In this document: positions 13,973-22,708 of the stretch, piece after piece | How the letters are laid out: every line of letters begins with the position of its first letter | Numbering within the stretch: position 1 is the first letter of the stretch | IMG/VR virus record: IMGVR_UViG_3300011335_000596 | Coordinates: 1 to 26,000 of that record | Reading direction: 5' to 3' (one strand) | DNA from: a virus | Lineage: Duplodnaviria; Caudoviricetes | DNA: 26,000 bases | Translations under genes and position numbers: made by a program | Notes under the pieces: model-generated | Databases searched by the model: none | Told to the model about the DNA's origin: nothing | Seen by the model: only the letters and a program-made list of their open reading frames with translations

Positions 13973-15555
13973 GCGAATTGACCCCAGAACAGGTGAAAAT
14001 GTTGCACGCGCTGCCGGTTGAGGGCGCGATTCGGTATTGGGATGAGTTGGAGGAGATCGGGCGGCAGCAGGGGAAACTGCACCAGGTCGTGCGAATGTTG
14101 GTCTGCGCCGATTTGTATTATCTGATGGTGCGGGTGTGCAATCGCGTGGATATGCTGCCGTGCGTTGGGCGACCGGGGTTTGTGGATAACTCGTTTGCGT
14201 TTGATCGGTGCAGGGAAGTTGAGGCGAGTCCCAACGGGTTCTTGGCTCTGTGGTCACGCGAACACTGGAAGTCCTCCACGCTTACGTTTGGCCTGTCGAT
14301 ACAGAGTATTTTGAAAGACCCCGAGATAACGATCGGGATTTTCTCTCACACGCGACCCATTGCGAAAGCGTTTTTGCGCCAGATCATGCGCGAGTTGGAA
14401 GAGAACCTGACGCTGCACGCGGCGTTCCCCGATGTGCTGTACGGTAAGGATATCCGTAAGGCACCGAAATGGTCGGAGGATGACGGGATTATTGTTAAGC
14501 GTAAGTCGAACCCCAATGAGGCAACGGTCGAGGCGTGGGGGTTGGTGGACGGCCAGCCGACATCGAAGCACTTTAAGGTGCTGCACTACGATGACGTTGT
14601 GGTGGCGGGTTCCGTGACGACTCCCGAAATGATTGCCAAGGTTATGGTGGAGATGGAGCGTTCGTATAACCTTGGGACAACGCCGGGGATAAAACGCGGG
14701 GCTGGGACGCGCTGGCACTTCAACGATGCCTATAAAACTCTGACGGATCGCGGGACGCTGAAGGCGCGGGAGTATCCAGGCCGGGTCGGTGGCGTTGAAG
14801 ACGGCCACTCGATTGTGTGGGACGACCTGACGCACCACCAGAAGCGCAAGGACATGGGGCCGTACACCTATGCGGCGCAGATATTGCTGAACCCAAAGGC
14901 CGATTCGTTGCAGGGGTTCCAGCGCGAGTGGCTGCGGTATTACAGCAAGAAGCCGACCAAGACGAACAACTACATCTTGGTGGACTCGGCAAACTCCAAA
15001 CGCAGAGACTCCGACTACACCGCGATGTGGGTGATTGGGTTGGGCCAAGACCAGAATTATTATGTGCTGGACATGGTTCGGGATCGCCTGAACCTGACTG
15101 AGCGTGCGGCCCGGCTGATTGAACTGCATCGCAAATGGAAGCCCAAGCAAGTTCGGTGGGAACAGTACGGGTTGATGGCCGATATCCAGCACATCAAGTC
15201 TGTGCAAGAGGCCGAGGGGTATCGGTTTGACATCATGGAGGTTGCGGGCAGGACGGGAAAGGATGACCGTATCTCGCGGCTGATCCCGATATTTGAGCAG
15301 GGGAGGATTTACTTTCCCAAGAGTTTTTATGTGACCGACTACGAGAAAAACACTCGGAACTTGGTGCATGACTTTATTGAGCAGGAGTACCTTCCGTTCC
15401 CGGTCAGCGCCCACAAGGACATGATCGACTCCCTTGCGCGGATTGAGGAGCCAAACCTTAAGCTGGTCTGGCCGAAAGAAGCGCAGCTTGAGGCACCGGA
15501 TCGGCGGGTTAATGCTCAGAACCATTACATCAATACTGGCTGGATGGGGCATTGA
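13969..15555 (+). CDS. terL: Terminase large subunit
   Basis: Walker A variant SREHWKSS, Walker B LHYDDVV, coupling motif GTRWH, nuclease motifs LVDSA, SDYTAM and HKDMIDSLA. Confidence 0.95.
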   Translation: MSELTPEQVKMLHALPVEGAIRYWDELEEIGRQQGKLHQVVRMLVCADLYYLMVRVCNRVDMLPCVGRPGFVDNSFAFDRCREVEASPNGFLALWSREHWKSSTLTFGLSIQSILKDPEITIGIFSHTRPIAKAFLRQIMRELEENLTLHAAFPDVLYGKDIRKAPKWSEDDGIIVKRKSNPNEATVEAWGLVDGQPTSKHFKVLHYDDVVVAGSVTTPEMIAKVMVEMERSYNLGTTPGIKRGAGTRWHFNDAYKTLTDRGTLKAREYPGRVGGVEDGHSIVWDDLTHHQKRKDMGPYTYAAQILLNPKADSLQGFQREWLRYYSKKPTKTNNYILVDSANSKRRDSDYTAMWVIGLGQDQNYYVLDMVRDRLNLTERAARLIELHRKWKPKQVRWEQYGLMADIQHIKSVQEAEGYRFDIMEVAGRTGKDDRISRLIPIFEQGRIYFPKSFYVTDYEKNTRNLVHDFIEQEYLPFPVSAHKDMIDSLARIEEPNLKLVWPKEAQLEAPDRRVNAQNHYINTGWMGH

Positions 15556-15640
15556 TGCCCCGCCTGTTTGACGGATTGACAAATCAAGAGTACAAGGGGC
15601 GTGAGGCAGACTCTTGTGTTTTTTCAATCATGGGTAAATC

Positions 15641-15895
15641 GTGAAGAAAAGCGTGTCCCTAGCGGTGGGTCGCGGCGAGAAACTCCCGGTGAGCAAGGGC
15701 GCTGGCCTGACCGCCAAGGGTCGCGCCAAGTACAACGCAGCCACCGGCAGCAACTTGAAGCCCCCCGCGCCAAGTCCCAAGACCGCAGCCGACAAAGGAC
15801 GCAAAGCGTCATTTTGCGCCAGGATGGGCGCAGTTGCAGCCAACGCAAAAAACGGCGAACGTGCAAAAGCCTCTCTCAAACGATGGAAGTGCTGA
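15641..15895 (+). CDS. Small basic phage protein (GLTAKGRAKYN...RKASFCARM; DUF6321-like)
   Basis: 84 aa, K/R/A-rich, GTG start. The motif is frequent in aquatic phages. Family name not verified. Confidence 0.75.
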   Translation: MKKSVSLAVGRGEKLPVSKGAGLTAKGRAKYNAATGSNLKPPAPSPKTAADKGRKASFCARMGAVAANAKNGERAKASLKRWKC

Positions 15896-15896
15896 C

Positions 15897-16055
15897 ATGA
15901 AAAAGCCAGGCAGCCCCGGTTTATATGCTGCAATCAACGCAAAGCGCGACCGCATCGCTGCGGGCAGCAAAGAGAAGATGCGGAAACCCGGCGCACCCGG
16001 CGCACCGACTGCCAAGGCGTTCAAGCAGTCGGCCAAAACTGCGAAGAAGAGGTAG
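15897..16055 (+). CDS. Small basic phage protein (MKKPGSPGLYAAINAKR...)
   Basis: ATG 1 nt after the upstream stop. GLYANIHAKR-type motif, 52 aa. Confidence 0.75.
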   Translation: MKKPGSPGLYAAINAKRDRIAAGSKEKMRKPGAPGAPTAKAFKQSAKTAKKR

Positions 16056-16057
16056 CC

Positions 16058-16201
16058 ATGCCACTGGTTAAGTCAAAGTCACCCGCCGCGTTCCGTAAGA
16101 ACATCAAGGCCGAGGTCGCTGCGGGCAAGCCGGTCAAGCAGGCCGTTGCCATTGCCTACGCGGTCAAACGCGGCGCGATGATGAAGAAAAAAGGTACTTA
16201 G
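16058..16201 (+). CDS. Small basic phage protein (MPLVKSKSPAAFRKNIKAEVAAGKPVKQAVAIAYAVKRGAMMKKKGT)
   Basis: GAGG RBS. KQAVAIAY motif. Stop overlaps the portal GTG start. Not in the ORF track. Confidence 0.75.
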   Translation: MPLVKSKSPAAFRKNIKAEVAAGKPVKQAVAIAYAVKRGAMMKKKGT

Positions 16202-18414
16202 TGGCCTATCAAGACACCGGCATCAACGAAGCAGGCGCGGTTGCAAGCGGCGGCACTAAGTCCGACCGTGGCAACGGCGAGATGCTGGCGACCATGCGGA
16301 CGCGCCTGACGATGGCGATCTCGGCCTACTCGGACAGCCGGGAAGACGAACTGGACGACCTGCGCTTTCGCGCAGCCTCACCCGACAACCAATGGCAATG
16401 GCCTGCCGATGTGTTGGCGACCCGTGGCTCGGTGCAAGGCCAGACGATCAACGCCCGACCCTGCCTGACGATCAACAAGCTGCCGCAACACGTGCTGCAA
16501 GTCACCAACGACCAGCGCCAGAACCGGCCCAGCGGCAAGGTTATACCTGCTGACGACAAGGCTGACGTAGAGGTCGCTGAGATATTCAACGGCATCGTGC
16601 GTCACATTGAGTACATCTCGGACGCTGACGTAGCCTATGACACCGCTTGCGACAACCAAGTGACCTTTGGCGAAGGCTATTTCCGCATCCTGACCGAGTA
16701 CTGCGACGACAACAGCTTTGAGCAGGATCTGCGGATCGGGCGCATTCGGGATTCGTTCAGCGTCTACATGGATCCAACGATCCAAGACCCGTGCGGCTCG
16801 GATGCCGAGTGGTGCTTCATCAACCAAGAGTTGACCACCGAAGAATACGAGCGCGAGTTTCCCGATGCCTCGCCCCTGTCCAGCCTTGCCTACGGTGTGG
16901 GCGATGGGCAACTGAATGCTTGGATTAATCAAGACACGGTGCGGATTGCCGAGTACTTCTACATCAAGCACGAAGCCAAGAAGCTGAACCAGTACCACGG
17001 CGGGATCACCGCAATGGCCGGTTCACCCGAGGCAAAACAGGCCGAAATGATGGGTTTGCAGGCCATAAAGACCCGCGATGTGGACGTTCGGCAGGTCAAA
17101 TGGTGCAAAACCAACGGGTTTGAGGTGCTGGAAGAGCGCGATTGGGCGGGCAAATACATCCCCGTAATCCGCGTAATTGGCAACGAATTTGAAATAGACG
17201 GGCGGATGTACGTTAGCGGCCTGGTGCGAAACGCCAAGGACGCGCAACGGATGTACAACTATTGGGTCAGCCAAGAGGCCGAGATGCTGGCGCTGGCACC
17301 CAAGGCACCGTTTATCGGCTACGGCGGTCAGTTTGAGGGGTACGAGGCTCAATGGAAGACGGCCAACATCAACAACTGGCCTTACCTTGAGGTCAACCCC
17401 GATGTGACCGACGGCCAAGGCGGGCCGCTGCCGTTGCCAGCGCGGTCACAACCTCCGATGGCCTCAAGCGGCCTGTTGCAAGCCAAAGCGGGCGCGGCAG
17501 ACGACATCAAGAGTTCGACCGGGCAGTATGACTCAAGCCTCGGGGCCACCAGCAACGAGCGGTCGGGGCGGGCGATTCTGGCCCGCGAGAAGCAGTCCGA
17601 CACCGGCACCTACCACTACGTTGACAACCTGGCCCGTGCGATCCGGTACGCCACGCGGCAACTGGTTGATCTGATCCCGAAGATCTACGACACGCAGCGC
17701 ATCGCCCGCATTATTGGCATCGACGGCGAGACAGAACAAGCCATGATCGACCCGATGCAGCCGATGCCGGTCAAGCGCATCCAGAACGAAGCGGGCATCG
17801 TCATCAAGAAAATCTACAACCCCAATGTCGGCAAGTACGATGTTGCGGTTACGACCGGCCCAAGCTACATGACCAAGCGGCAGGAGTCGCTGGACGCGAT
17901 GAGCCAACTGCTGCAAGGCAACCCGCAACTGTGGGCCGTGGCGGGCGACCTGTTCATCAAGCACATGGATTGGCCGGGGGCGCAAGAGATGGCCGCACGG
18001 TTTGCCAAGACGATCGATCCCAAGCTGCTGTCCAACGAGGACGACCCGGCGTTGCAAGCGGCCAACCAGCAGATGCAGGCGATGGGCCAAGAGATGCAGC
18101 AGATGCAAGCGATGCTGCAAAACGTCAGTCAGTCAATGGAAGCCCAGACGCTGAAGGTCAAGGAGTTTGAGGCCGAGGTCAAAGCCTACGATGCCGAAAC
18201 CAAGCGGATCTCGGCGGTGCAGGCTGGCATGAGCGAAGAGCAGATCCAAGATATTGCTATGGGCGTAGTTGCGGCGGCAATGGAATCGCAAAGCATGATG
18301 AACCAGATGCCTGAGATGCGCGAAGAATCTATGCCTATGGACATAATGCCGCAGGGCATGGAACAAATGCCGCCTGACATGGGCCAGATGCCACAACAAG
18401 GACTGCCGCAATGA
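16201..18414 (+). CDS. P22-like portal protein
   Basis: 737 aa. QW...RPCLTINKL, G.GYFRI, V..DP, IP...V.G, G.VR..KD.QR..NY, SG.AI.AR, G.YDV....GP...TKRQE, and a Q/M-rich coiled-coil barrel. Confidence 0.95.
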   Translation: MAYQDTGINEAGAVASGGTKSDRGNGEMLATMRTRLTMAISAYSDSREDELDDLRFRAASPDNQWQWPADVLATRGSVQGQTINARPCLTINKLPQHVLQVTNDQRQNRPSGKVIPADDKADVEVAEIFNGIVRHIEYISDADVAYDTACDNQVTFGEGYFRILTEYCDDNSFEQDLRIGRIRDSFSVYMDPTIQDPCGSDAEWCFINQELTTEEYEREFPDASPLSSLAYGVGDGQLNAWINQDTVRIAEYFYIKHEAKKLNQYHGGITAMAGSPEAKQAEMMGLQAIKTRDVDVRQVKWCKTNGFEVLEERDWAGKYIPVIRVIGNEFEIDGRMYVSGLVRNAKDAQRMYNYWVSQEAEMLALAPKAPFIGYGGQFEGYEAQWKTANINNWPYLEVNPDVTDGQGGPLPLPARSQPPMASSGLLQAKAGAADDIKSSTGQYDSSLGATSNERSGRAILAREKQSDTGTYHYVDNLARAIRYATRQLVDLIPKIYDTQRIARIIGIDGETEQAMIDPMQPMPVKRIQNEAGIVIKKIYNPNVGKYDVAVTTGPSYMTKRQESLDAMSQLLQGNPQLWAVAGDLFIKHMDWPGAQEMAARFAKTIDPKLLSNEDDPALQAANQQMQAMGQEMQQMQAMLQNVSQSMEAQTLKVKEFEAEVKAYDAETKRISAVQAGMSEEQIQDIAMGVVAAAMESQSMMNQMPEMREESMPMDIMPQGMEQMPPDMGQMPQQGLPQ

Positions 18415-18773
18415 AATGCAACGACTTTCTAGGGATGCTGTTCTTGGCGCGGGATGTGGCGCACAGCGTCCATTTGAATACCCGCAGCTACGCCAAACAC
18501 GTTGCGCTGAACATTTTCTACGAGCGTGTTGTGGGCGTTGCGGACGACTTTGCCGAAGCCTACCAAGGCCGCTACGGTCTGATCGGCCCGATCTCGCTGA
18601 TGTCTGCCAAGAAAACCGGCAACATAATTGAGTTTCTGGAAGACCAGATGAAAGAGATCGAATCCGTCCGGTTTGACGTTGTGGATAAGTCTGATAGCGC
18701 GTTGCAGCAACTCATCGACAACATCATTGAGTTGTACGCCAGGACATTGTACAAACTCAAATATCTGGCATAG
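18411..18773 (+). CDS. Ferritin/Dps-like four-helix protein (DUF5856-like)
   Basis: H..H..T.SYA.H.AL..FY......D.FAE.YQG.YG and a C-terminal D.I......T.YKL..L. Confidence 0.75.
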   Translation: MKCNDFLGMLFLARDVAHSVHLNTRSYAKHVALNIFYERVVGVADDFAEAYQGRYGLIGPISLMSAKKTGNIIEFLEDQMKEIESVRFDVVDKSDSALQQLIDNIIELYARTLYKLKYLA

Positions 18774-18781
18774 GAAAAATC

Positions 18782-19060
18782 ATGGCCTCAAATTACCTGA
18801 ACATTAGCGCAACCACGCAAATCAAGGTCGGTGCCGGTAAACTCAAGGGCATCATGTGCAGCACCGCATCTGCCACGCCGACGATTGCGGTCTATGACTC
18901 GGCGACTGCGGCTACAAACGCGGTAACGATAATTGCGGAATTTGTACCCGGCGCACATACGATGTATTCGCTGACGGGGGATGACGGTGGAATCTGGTTC
19001 AGCAAAGGTTTGTATGTAGTGATCGGCGGCACCGTTGGTGTCACGTTCATTTACGAATAG
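18782..19060 (+). CDS. Small beta-rich virion-associated protein, paralog 1
   Basis: AGGA RBS. 92 aa. Similar to the next ORF. Confidence 0.75.
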   Translation: MASNYLNISATTQIKVGAGKLKGIMCSTASATPTIAVYDSATAATNAVTIIAEFVPGAHTMYSLTGDDGGIWFSKGLYVVIGGTVGVTFIYE

Positions 19061-19068
19061 GAACGAAC

Positions 19069-19362
19069 ATGGCCCATTATTATCAGTTGAGCGTAACTGC
19101 CAGTGTGCCAAACAAGACCACTATTAAGGTGGGGTTTGGAAAACTTAAGGGCATATTTTGTAGCTCTGCATCCGCCACGCCTCGCGTGACGGTGCATGAC
19201 TCTGCAACGCAAACAGCAACAGATCCCACAATCATCAGCATTCTGACCCCACAAGCCAGCGAGAACTATCCGTTGAGTGGGGCTGATAGCGGTATTGGAT
19301 TTAGCCGTGGCCTGTATGTGTTGGCTACAGGCACGATGGAATTGACATTCATCTACGAATAA
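19069..19362 (+). CDS. Small beta-rich virion-associated protein, paralog 2
   Basis: AGGA RBS. 97 aa. Shares IKVG.GKLKGI.CS.ASATP...DSAT...G..FS.GLYV...TFIYE with paralog 1. Confidence 0.75.
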   Translation: MAHYYQLSVTASVPNKTTIKVGFGKLKGIFCSSASATPRVTVHDSATQTATDPTIISILTPQASENYPLSGADSGIGFSRGLYVLATGTMELTFIYE

Positions 19363-19404
19363 CCGCACTGGCGCGGAACGCCAGGGATTCCAAGGAATCA
19401 AGCC

Positions 19405-20166
19405 ATGTCTGACGAAGTACTAGCGGAAGCACCCGCGCCGGAACAGGTCGCCACGGCGGCACCTGAACCTGAGATTGCAGCGCCGGTAGAAGCACAACCG
19501 GAGTCACCGAAAAGTTTCTCGCAAGAGGAACTAGACGCGGCTATCGGAAAAAGGCTTGCAAGAGAGCAGAGGAAGTGGGAACGCGAAGCACGGCAGGCCG
19601 AAGCACCAAAGCCCGTCCCTGTGGAGCATGTTACGCCGGAACAGTTTACGACGACCGAGGAATACGTCGAGGCACTGACGACTTCCAAGGCGCAACAGAT
19701 TGTTCAGCAGCAACAGTACGCGAAACAGCAACAAGAGTTGCTTGGTAGCTATCACGAAAAGGAAGAGGATGCGCGAGGCCGGTACGAGGACTTCGAACAA
19801 GTCGCGTACAACCCCAAGCTGCCGATTACTGATGTGATGGCCCAGACGATTCAAGCTGCGGATAACGGCCCAGATATTGCATATTATCTCGGCACGAATC
19901 CAAAGGAAGCTGACCGCATTGCCCGACTCACGCCGATCTTGCAGGCTAAAGAAATAGGACGATTGGAAGCGAAGGTTGCTTCCGAACCCGCAACAAAACG
20001 TACATCCAGCGCACCTGCGCCGATTTCACCCGTCACCGCTCGCGGAGGTCACTCCGGCAGTTTCGATACCACAGACCCAAGGTCACTTAAAACCATGACC
20101 ACAAGCCAGTGGATTGACGCCGAAAGAGCACGACAAGTGAAAAAGCAGGAAGCGAGGAACCGCTAA
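19405..20166 (+). CDS. Capsid scaffolding protein
   Basis: Lies between portal and capsid. Acidic Pro/Ala N-terminus, coiled coil, GP.IAYYL..NP.EA.RI, EIG.LEAK, APAPI.PV. Confidence 0.88.
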   Translation: MSDEVLAEAPAPEQVATAAPEPEIAAPVEAQPESPKSFSQEELDAAIGKRLAREQRKWEREARQAEAPKPVPVEHVTPEQFTTTEEYVEALTTSKAQQIVQQQQYAKQQQELLGSYHEKEEDARGRYEDFEQVAYNPKLPITDVMAQTIQAADNGPDIAYYLGTNPKEADRIARLTPILQAKEIGRLEAKVASEPATKRTSSAPAPISPVTARGGHSGSFDTTDPRSLKTMTTSQWIDAERARQVKKQEARNR

Positions 20167-20168
20167 CT

Positions 20169-20729
20169 TCACGGAAGGATGAAAATTTTATATTCGGGAA
20201 AGTTCTTAGAAAGTGCTCGCTGTCTGAAAGTAGACGGCGGGATGTTTGCGGCTCTGCCGCCAGCGGCAACGGAAGGGTAAGAAACGCCTTGGAAACTACA
20301 GTGAGTGTTGGGCCGATTAACGGCGAGGATGGCGGCTTTTTTAGCCGCCGTCTCTGCGGTGTCTTTGCGCCCAGTACGCCACACGCTAAGTTTTTTGCGA
20401 GTTTCTTCTGTTCTGATATACCGTCCGTTAACCCCGTTATGTCGATCTCCAAAATGTTCTTTTGGGGTAAGCCATTCAAGGTTATCGGCATGGTTGTCGG
20501 TTTTGTCGCCGTTAATGTGGTGAACGTGTTTTGCTTCATTGGGGTTTTCCACCCAGCACGTCGCTACTACACGGTGCATAAGCCGTTGTCGTCCAATAGC
20601 CAGGTATCCATCCCCCCGTTGGGTAGGAGTGTAGGGCTGGTACTTTCTAAGAATTTTCCCGCAGCGCGAAACAGCAAAGATATGGTCGAAAACTCGATAC
20701 TCGATACCGTCTATATTAAAGCTAATCAT
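20169..20729 (-). CDS. Free-standing HNH homing endonuclease, antisense to the late operon
   Basis: VS..G.I, GYL, MHRVVA...V.NP....VHHINGDKTDNHADNLEWLT..EH, plus a NUMOD-like basic C-terminal region. GGAGAGG RBS before MISFNIDG. Confidence 0.9.
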   Translation of the reverse strand: MISFNIDGIEYRVFDHIFAVSRCGKILRKYQPYTPTQRGDGYLAIGRQRLMHRVVATCWVENPNEAKHVHHINGDKTDNHADNLEWLTPKEHFGDRHNGVNGRYIRTEETRKKLSVWRTGRKDTAETAAKKAAILAVNRPNTHCSFQGVSYPSVAAGGRAANIPPSTFRQRALSKNFPEYKIFILP

Positions 20730-20760
20730 GTTGACCTCTCCTTGGGTGATATGAATTTTA

Positions 20761-20789
20761 ATCTTACCACAGACATAAGGAAAAAGCAA
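20761..20789 (-). promoter_or_regulatory. Putative sigma-70 promoter of the antisense HNH gene
   Basis: Minus strand TTGCTT-N17-TAAGAT with an extended -10 (TG-n-TAAGAT). Overlaps the capsid RBS on the plus strand. Confidence 0.55.
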
Positions 20790-20790
20790 A

Positions 20791-21999
20791 GTGGCTAATT
20801 CACTCCTCACAATTGATATGATTACCCGGAAGTGTCTCGAAATTCTTGAGAACAACCTGGTCATCTCCCGCAACGTCAACAAAGAGTACGACGACAGCTT
20901 TGCCGTTGAAGGTGCCAAGATCGGCTCGACCCTGCGGATTCGTCTGCCGGATCGCGCTTTGGTGACCGACGGGGCCGCGCTGCAAGTGCAGGACGACAAC
21001 GAGCAGTACACCACGCTGACGGTTTCCAGCCAGAAGCACATCGGCATCAACTTCACTTCTGCCGAACTGACCATGCAGTTGGACGATTTTGCGGAACGTG
21101 TTCTCAAGCCGCGTATCAGCCAGTTGGCTTCAAGCGTGGACGCTGATGTTGCCAACGCGTACAAGTCGATTTTCAACACCGTTGGCACTCCCGGCACCAC
21201 GCCCGCGACCGCTCTGGTTCTGCTGCAAGCGCAACAGAAGCTGAACGAGTCGGCTACCCCGATGTCGCCGCGCTACGCGACTGTCAACCCTGCCGCGAAC
21301 GCTGGGCTGGTGAACGGCCTGTCGGGTTTCTTCAACCCGACCAGCACGATCTCCCGCCAGTTCAAGACCGGCATGATGGGTGAGGGCGTTCTTGGCTACG
21401 ATGAAATGAACATGTCGCAGTCGATTGTCAACCACACCACGGGCAGCCGTGCAGGAACTATTCTGGTCAACGAAACGGTCGCCACCCAAGGGCAAGCTAC
21501 TATTACCCTTGATGGCCTTACATCGTCTACCACGGTAACTGCGGGTGATGTGTTTACCATTGCTGGCGTGAATGCGGTCAACCCGCAAACCCGTCTTAGC
21601 ACCGGTAGCCTGCAACAGTTTGTGGTGACCGCCGCGCAAACGGCATCGTCGGGCGACATGGTGAACATGGCTATCTCGCCGCCCATGTACACGGCAGCAA
21701 ATGCGCTGGCGACCATCGATGCGTTCCCCGCTAACAACGCTGCGGTGACGTTTGTGGGAACTGCGTCAACTGCGTACCCGCAAAACTTGGTCTACCACAA
21801 GAACGCGATCACGCTGGCTACGGCCGACCTCTTGCTCCCGCAAGGTGTCGATATGGCTTCACGCCAAGTGCATAACGGAATCTCGATGCGTATCGTGCGT
21901 CAGTACGATATCAACAACGACCGTATGCCTTGCCGGGTTGATGTGCTGTATGGTTTCAGCACCATTCGTCCGCCGATGGCCTGCCGGATCTGGGGTTAA
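20791..21999 (+). CDS. Major capsid protein, P22 coat (gp5)-like
   Basis: 402 aa. MAN.LLT...IT...L..LEN, KIG.TLRIR.P, GD.FTIAGV..VNP, NL..HKNA..LAT, SMR....YD...D...CR.DVLYG. Confidence 0.95.
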   Translation: MANSLLTIDMITRKCLEILENNLVISRNVNKEYDDSFAVEGAKIGSTLRIRLPDRALVTDGAALQVQDDNEQYTTLTVSSQKHIGINFTSAELTMQLDDFAERVLKPRISQLASSVDADVANAYKSIFNTVGTPGTTPATALVLLQAQQKLNESATPMSPRYATVNPAANAGLVNGLSGFFNPTSTISRQFKTGMMGEGVLGYDEMNMSQSIVNHTTGSRAGTILVNETVATQGQATITLDGLTSSTTVTAGDVFTIAGVNAVNPQTRLSTGSLQQFVVTAAQTASSGDMVNMAISPPMYTAANALATIDAFPANNAAVTFVGTASTAYPQNLVYHKNAITLATADLLLPQGVDMASRQVHNGISMRIVRQYDINNDRMPCRVDVLYGFSTIRPPMACRIWG

Positions 22000-22006
22000 C
22001 CAAAAC

Positions 22007-22040
22007 GCCCCCGCCTAGCGCGGGGGCAATTCAATCTTTC
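22007..22040 (+). terminator. Stem-loop after the capsid gene (weak terminator or stabiliser)
   Basis: 8-bp stem GCCCCCGC / GCGGGGGC. Poor U-tract. Confidence 0.55.
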
Positions 22041-22053
22041 AGGAGAAGCAATC

Positions 22054-22476
22054 ATGGCACTTCCTTCAGTTGGTGGCGGCTATCAGTTCACTGATGGCAA
22101 TACGAATGAACTGGAAATCGACACCCAAGCAGCACCCCAAACGGCAACGTCCACGGCAACTTTGTCCACCACGCAAGTTTTGAATGGCCTGTTGGTAGTA
22201 GACCCAACGACTACAGCCTCAAGTCTTACCATGCCTACGGCAACCGCAATCGACGCGGTAATGACCAACATGAAAACCAACAGCACGTTCAGGCTGACGG
22301 TAATCAACATTGGCACCAGCACCGGCTTGGTTACGATGGTGGTTGGCACAGGCATTACTGCTGTTGGCAACCTGGTTGTGGCTATCACCGGCAGTGCGGC
22401 TGGCGTTGGTGGTGCGGCTCAATTCCTGTTCCGCAAAACCGGCACCGCAGCCTACACCGTGTACCGTGTAGCCTAA
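22054..22476 (+). CDS. Putative capsid decoration / minor head protein
   Basis: AGGAG RBS. T/A/G-rich, 140 aa, immediately after the capsid gene. Confidence 0.65.
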   Translation: MALPSVGGGYQFTDGNTNELEIDTQAAPQTATSTATLSTTQVLNGLLVVDPTTTASSLTMPTATAIDAVMTNMKTNSTFRLTVINIGTSTGLVTMVVGTGITAVGNLVVAITGSAAGVGGAAQFLFRKTGTAAYTVYRVA

Positions 22477-22482
22477 GTAACA

Positions 22483-22512
22483 CCCGCCCCTTAGCAATAG
22501 GGGGCGGGATTT
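22483..22512 (+). terminator. Stem-loop / terminator
   Basis: CCCGCCCCTTA-GCAA-TAGGGGGCGGG followed by ATTT. GNRA loop. Confidence 0.65.
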
Positions 22513-22522
22513 GGAGAAGATC

Positions 22523-22708
22523 ATGGTCATCTACATGCGGCACCCGGTTCACGGCACCAAGGTCGCTATTGCGGAGGCCGAAGCCGAGGCCGATGCCAAG
22601 AACGGTTGGGAACGCTATGACGCAGGTGCGTTGCTGACACCCAGCGAATCCGTCCTGAACGAATTGGCTAAACCTCGCGGGCGACCGCGTAAGGAACTCG
22701 CGGCATGA
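22523..22708 (+). CDS. Small protein with a C-terminal AT-hook-like motif (PRGRPRK)
   Basis: GGAG RBS before MVIYMRHPVHGTK. ATGA overlap with the next gene. Confidence 0.7.
   Translation: MVIYMRHPVHGTKVAIAEAEAEADAKNGWERYDAGALLTPSESVLNELAKPRGRPRKELAA

Noticed and set aside
13148-14257. 369-aa and 286-aa Pro/Arg/Ser-rich ORFs antisense to terS
   Set aside because: These are low-complexity translations caused by the strong G/T skew of the plus strand. No RBS or domain evidence.
14254-15627. 457-aa ORF antisense to terL
   Set aside because: It lies almost wholly opposite a well-supported gene, has no recognisable motifs, and is explained by codon bias in GC-rich coding DNA.
20169-20790. Group I intron hosting the HNH gene
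   Set aside because: Both flanking genes are intact, the ORF is antisense, and there is no room for intron core helices.
20730-21200. N-terminal extension of the HNH ORF (343-aa call)
   Set aside because: The extension is the antisense of the capsid gene. A good RBS and promoter support a start at 20729.
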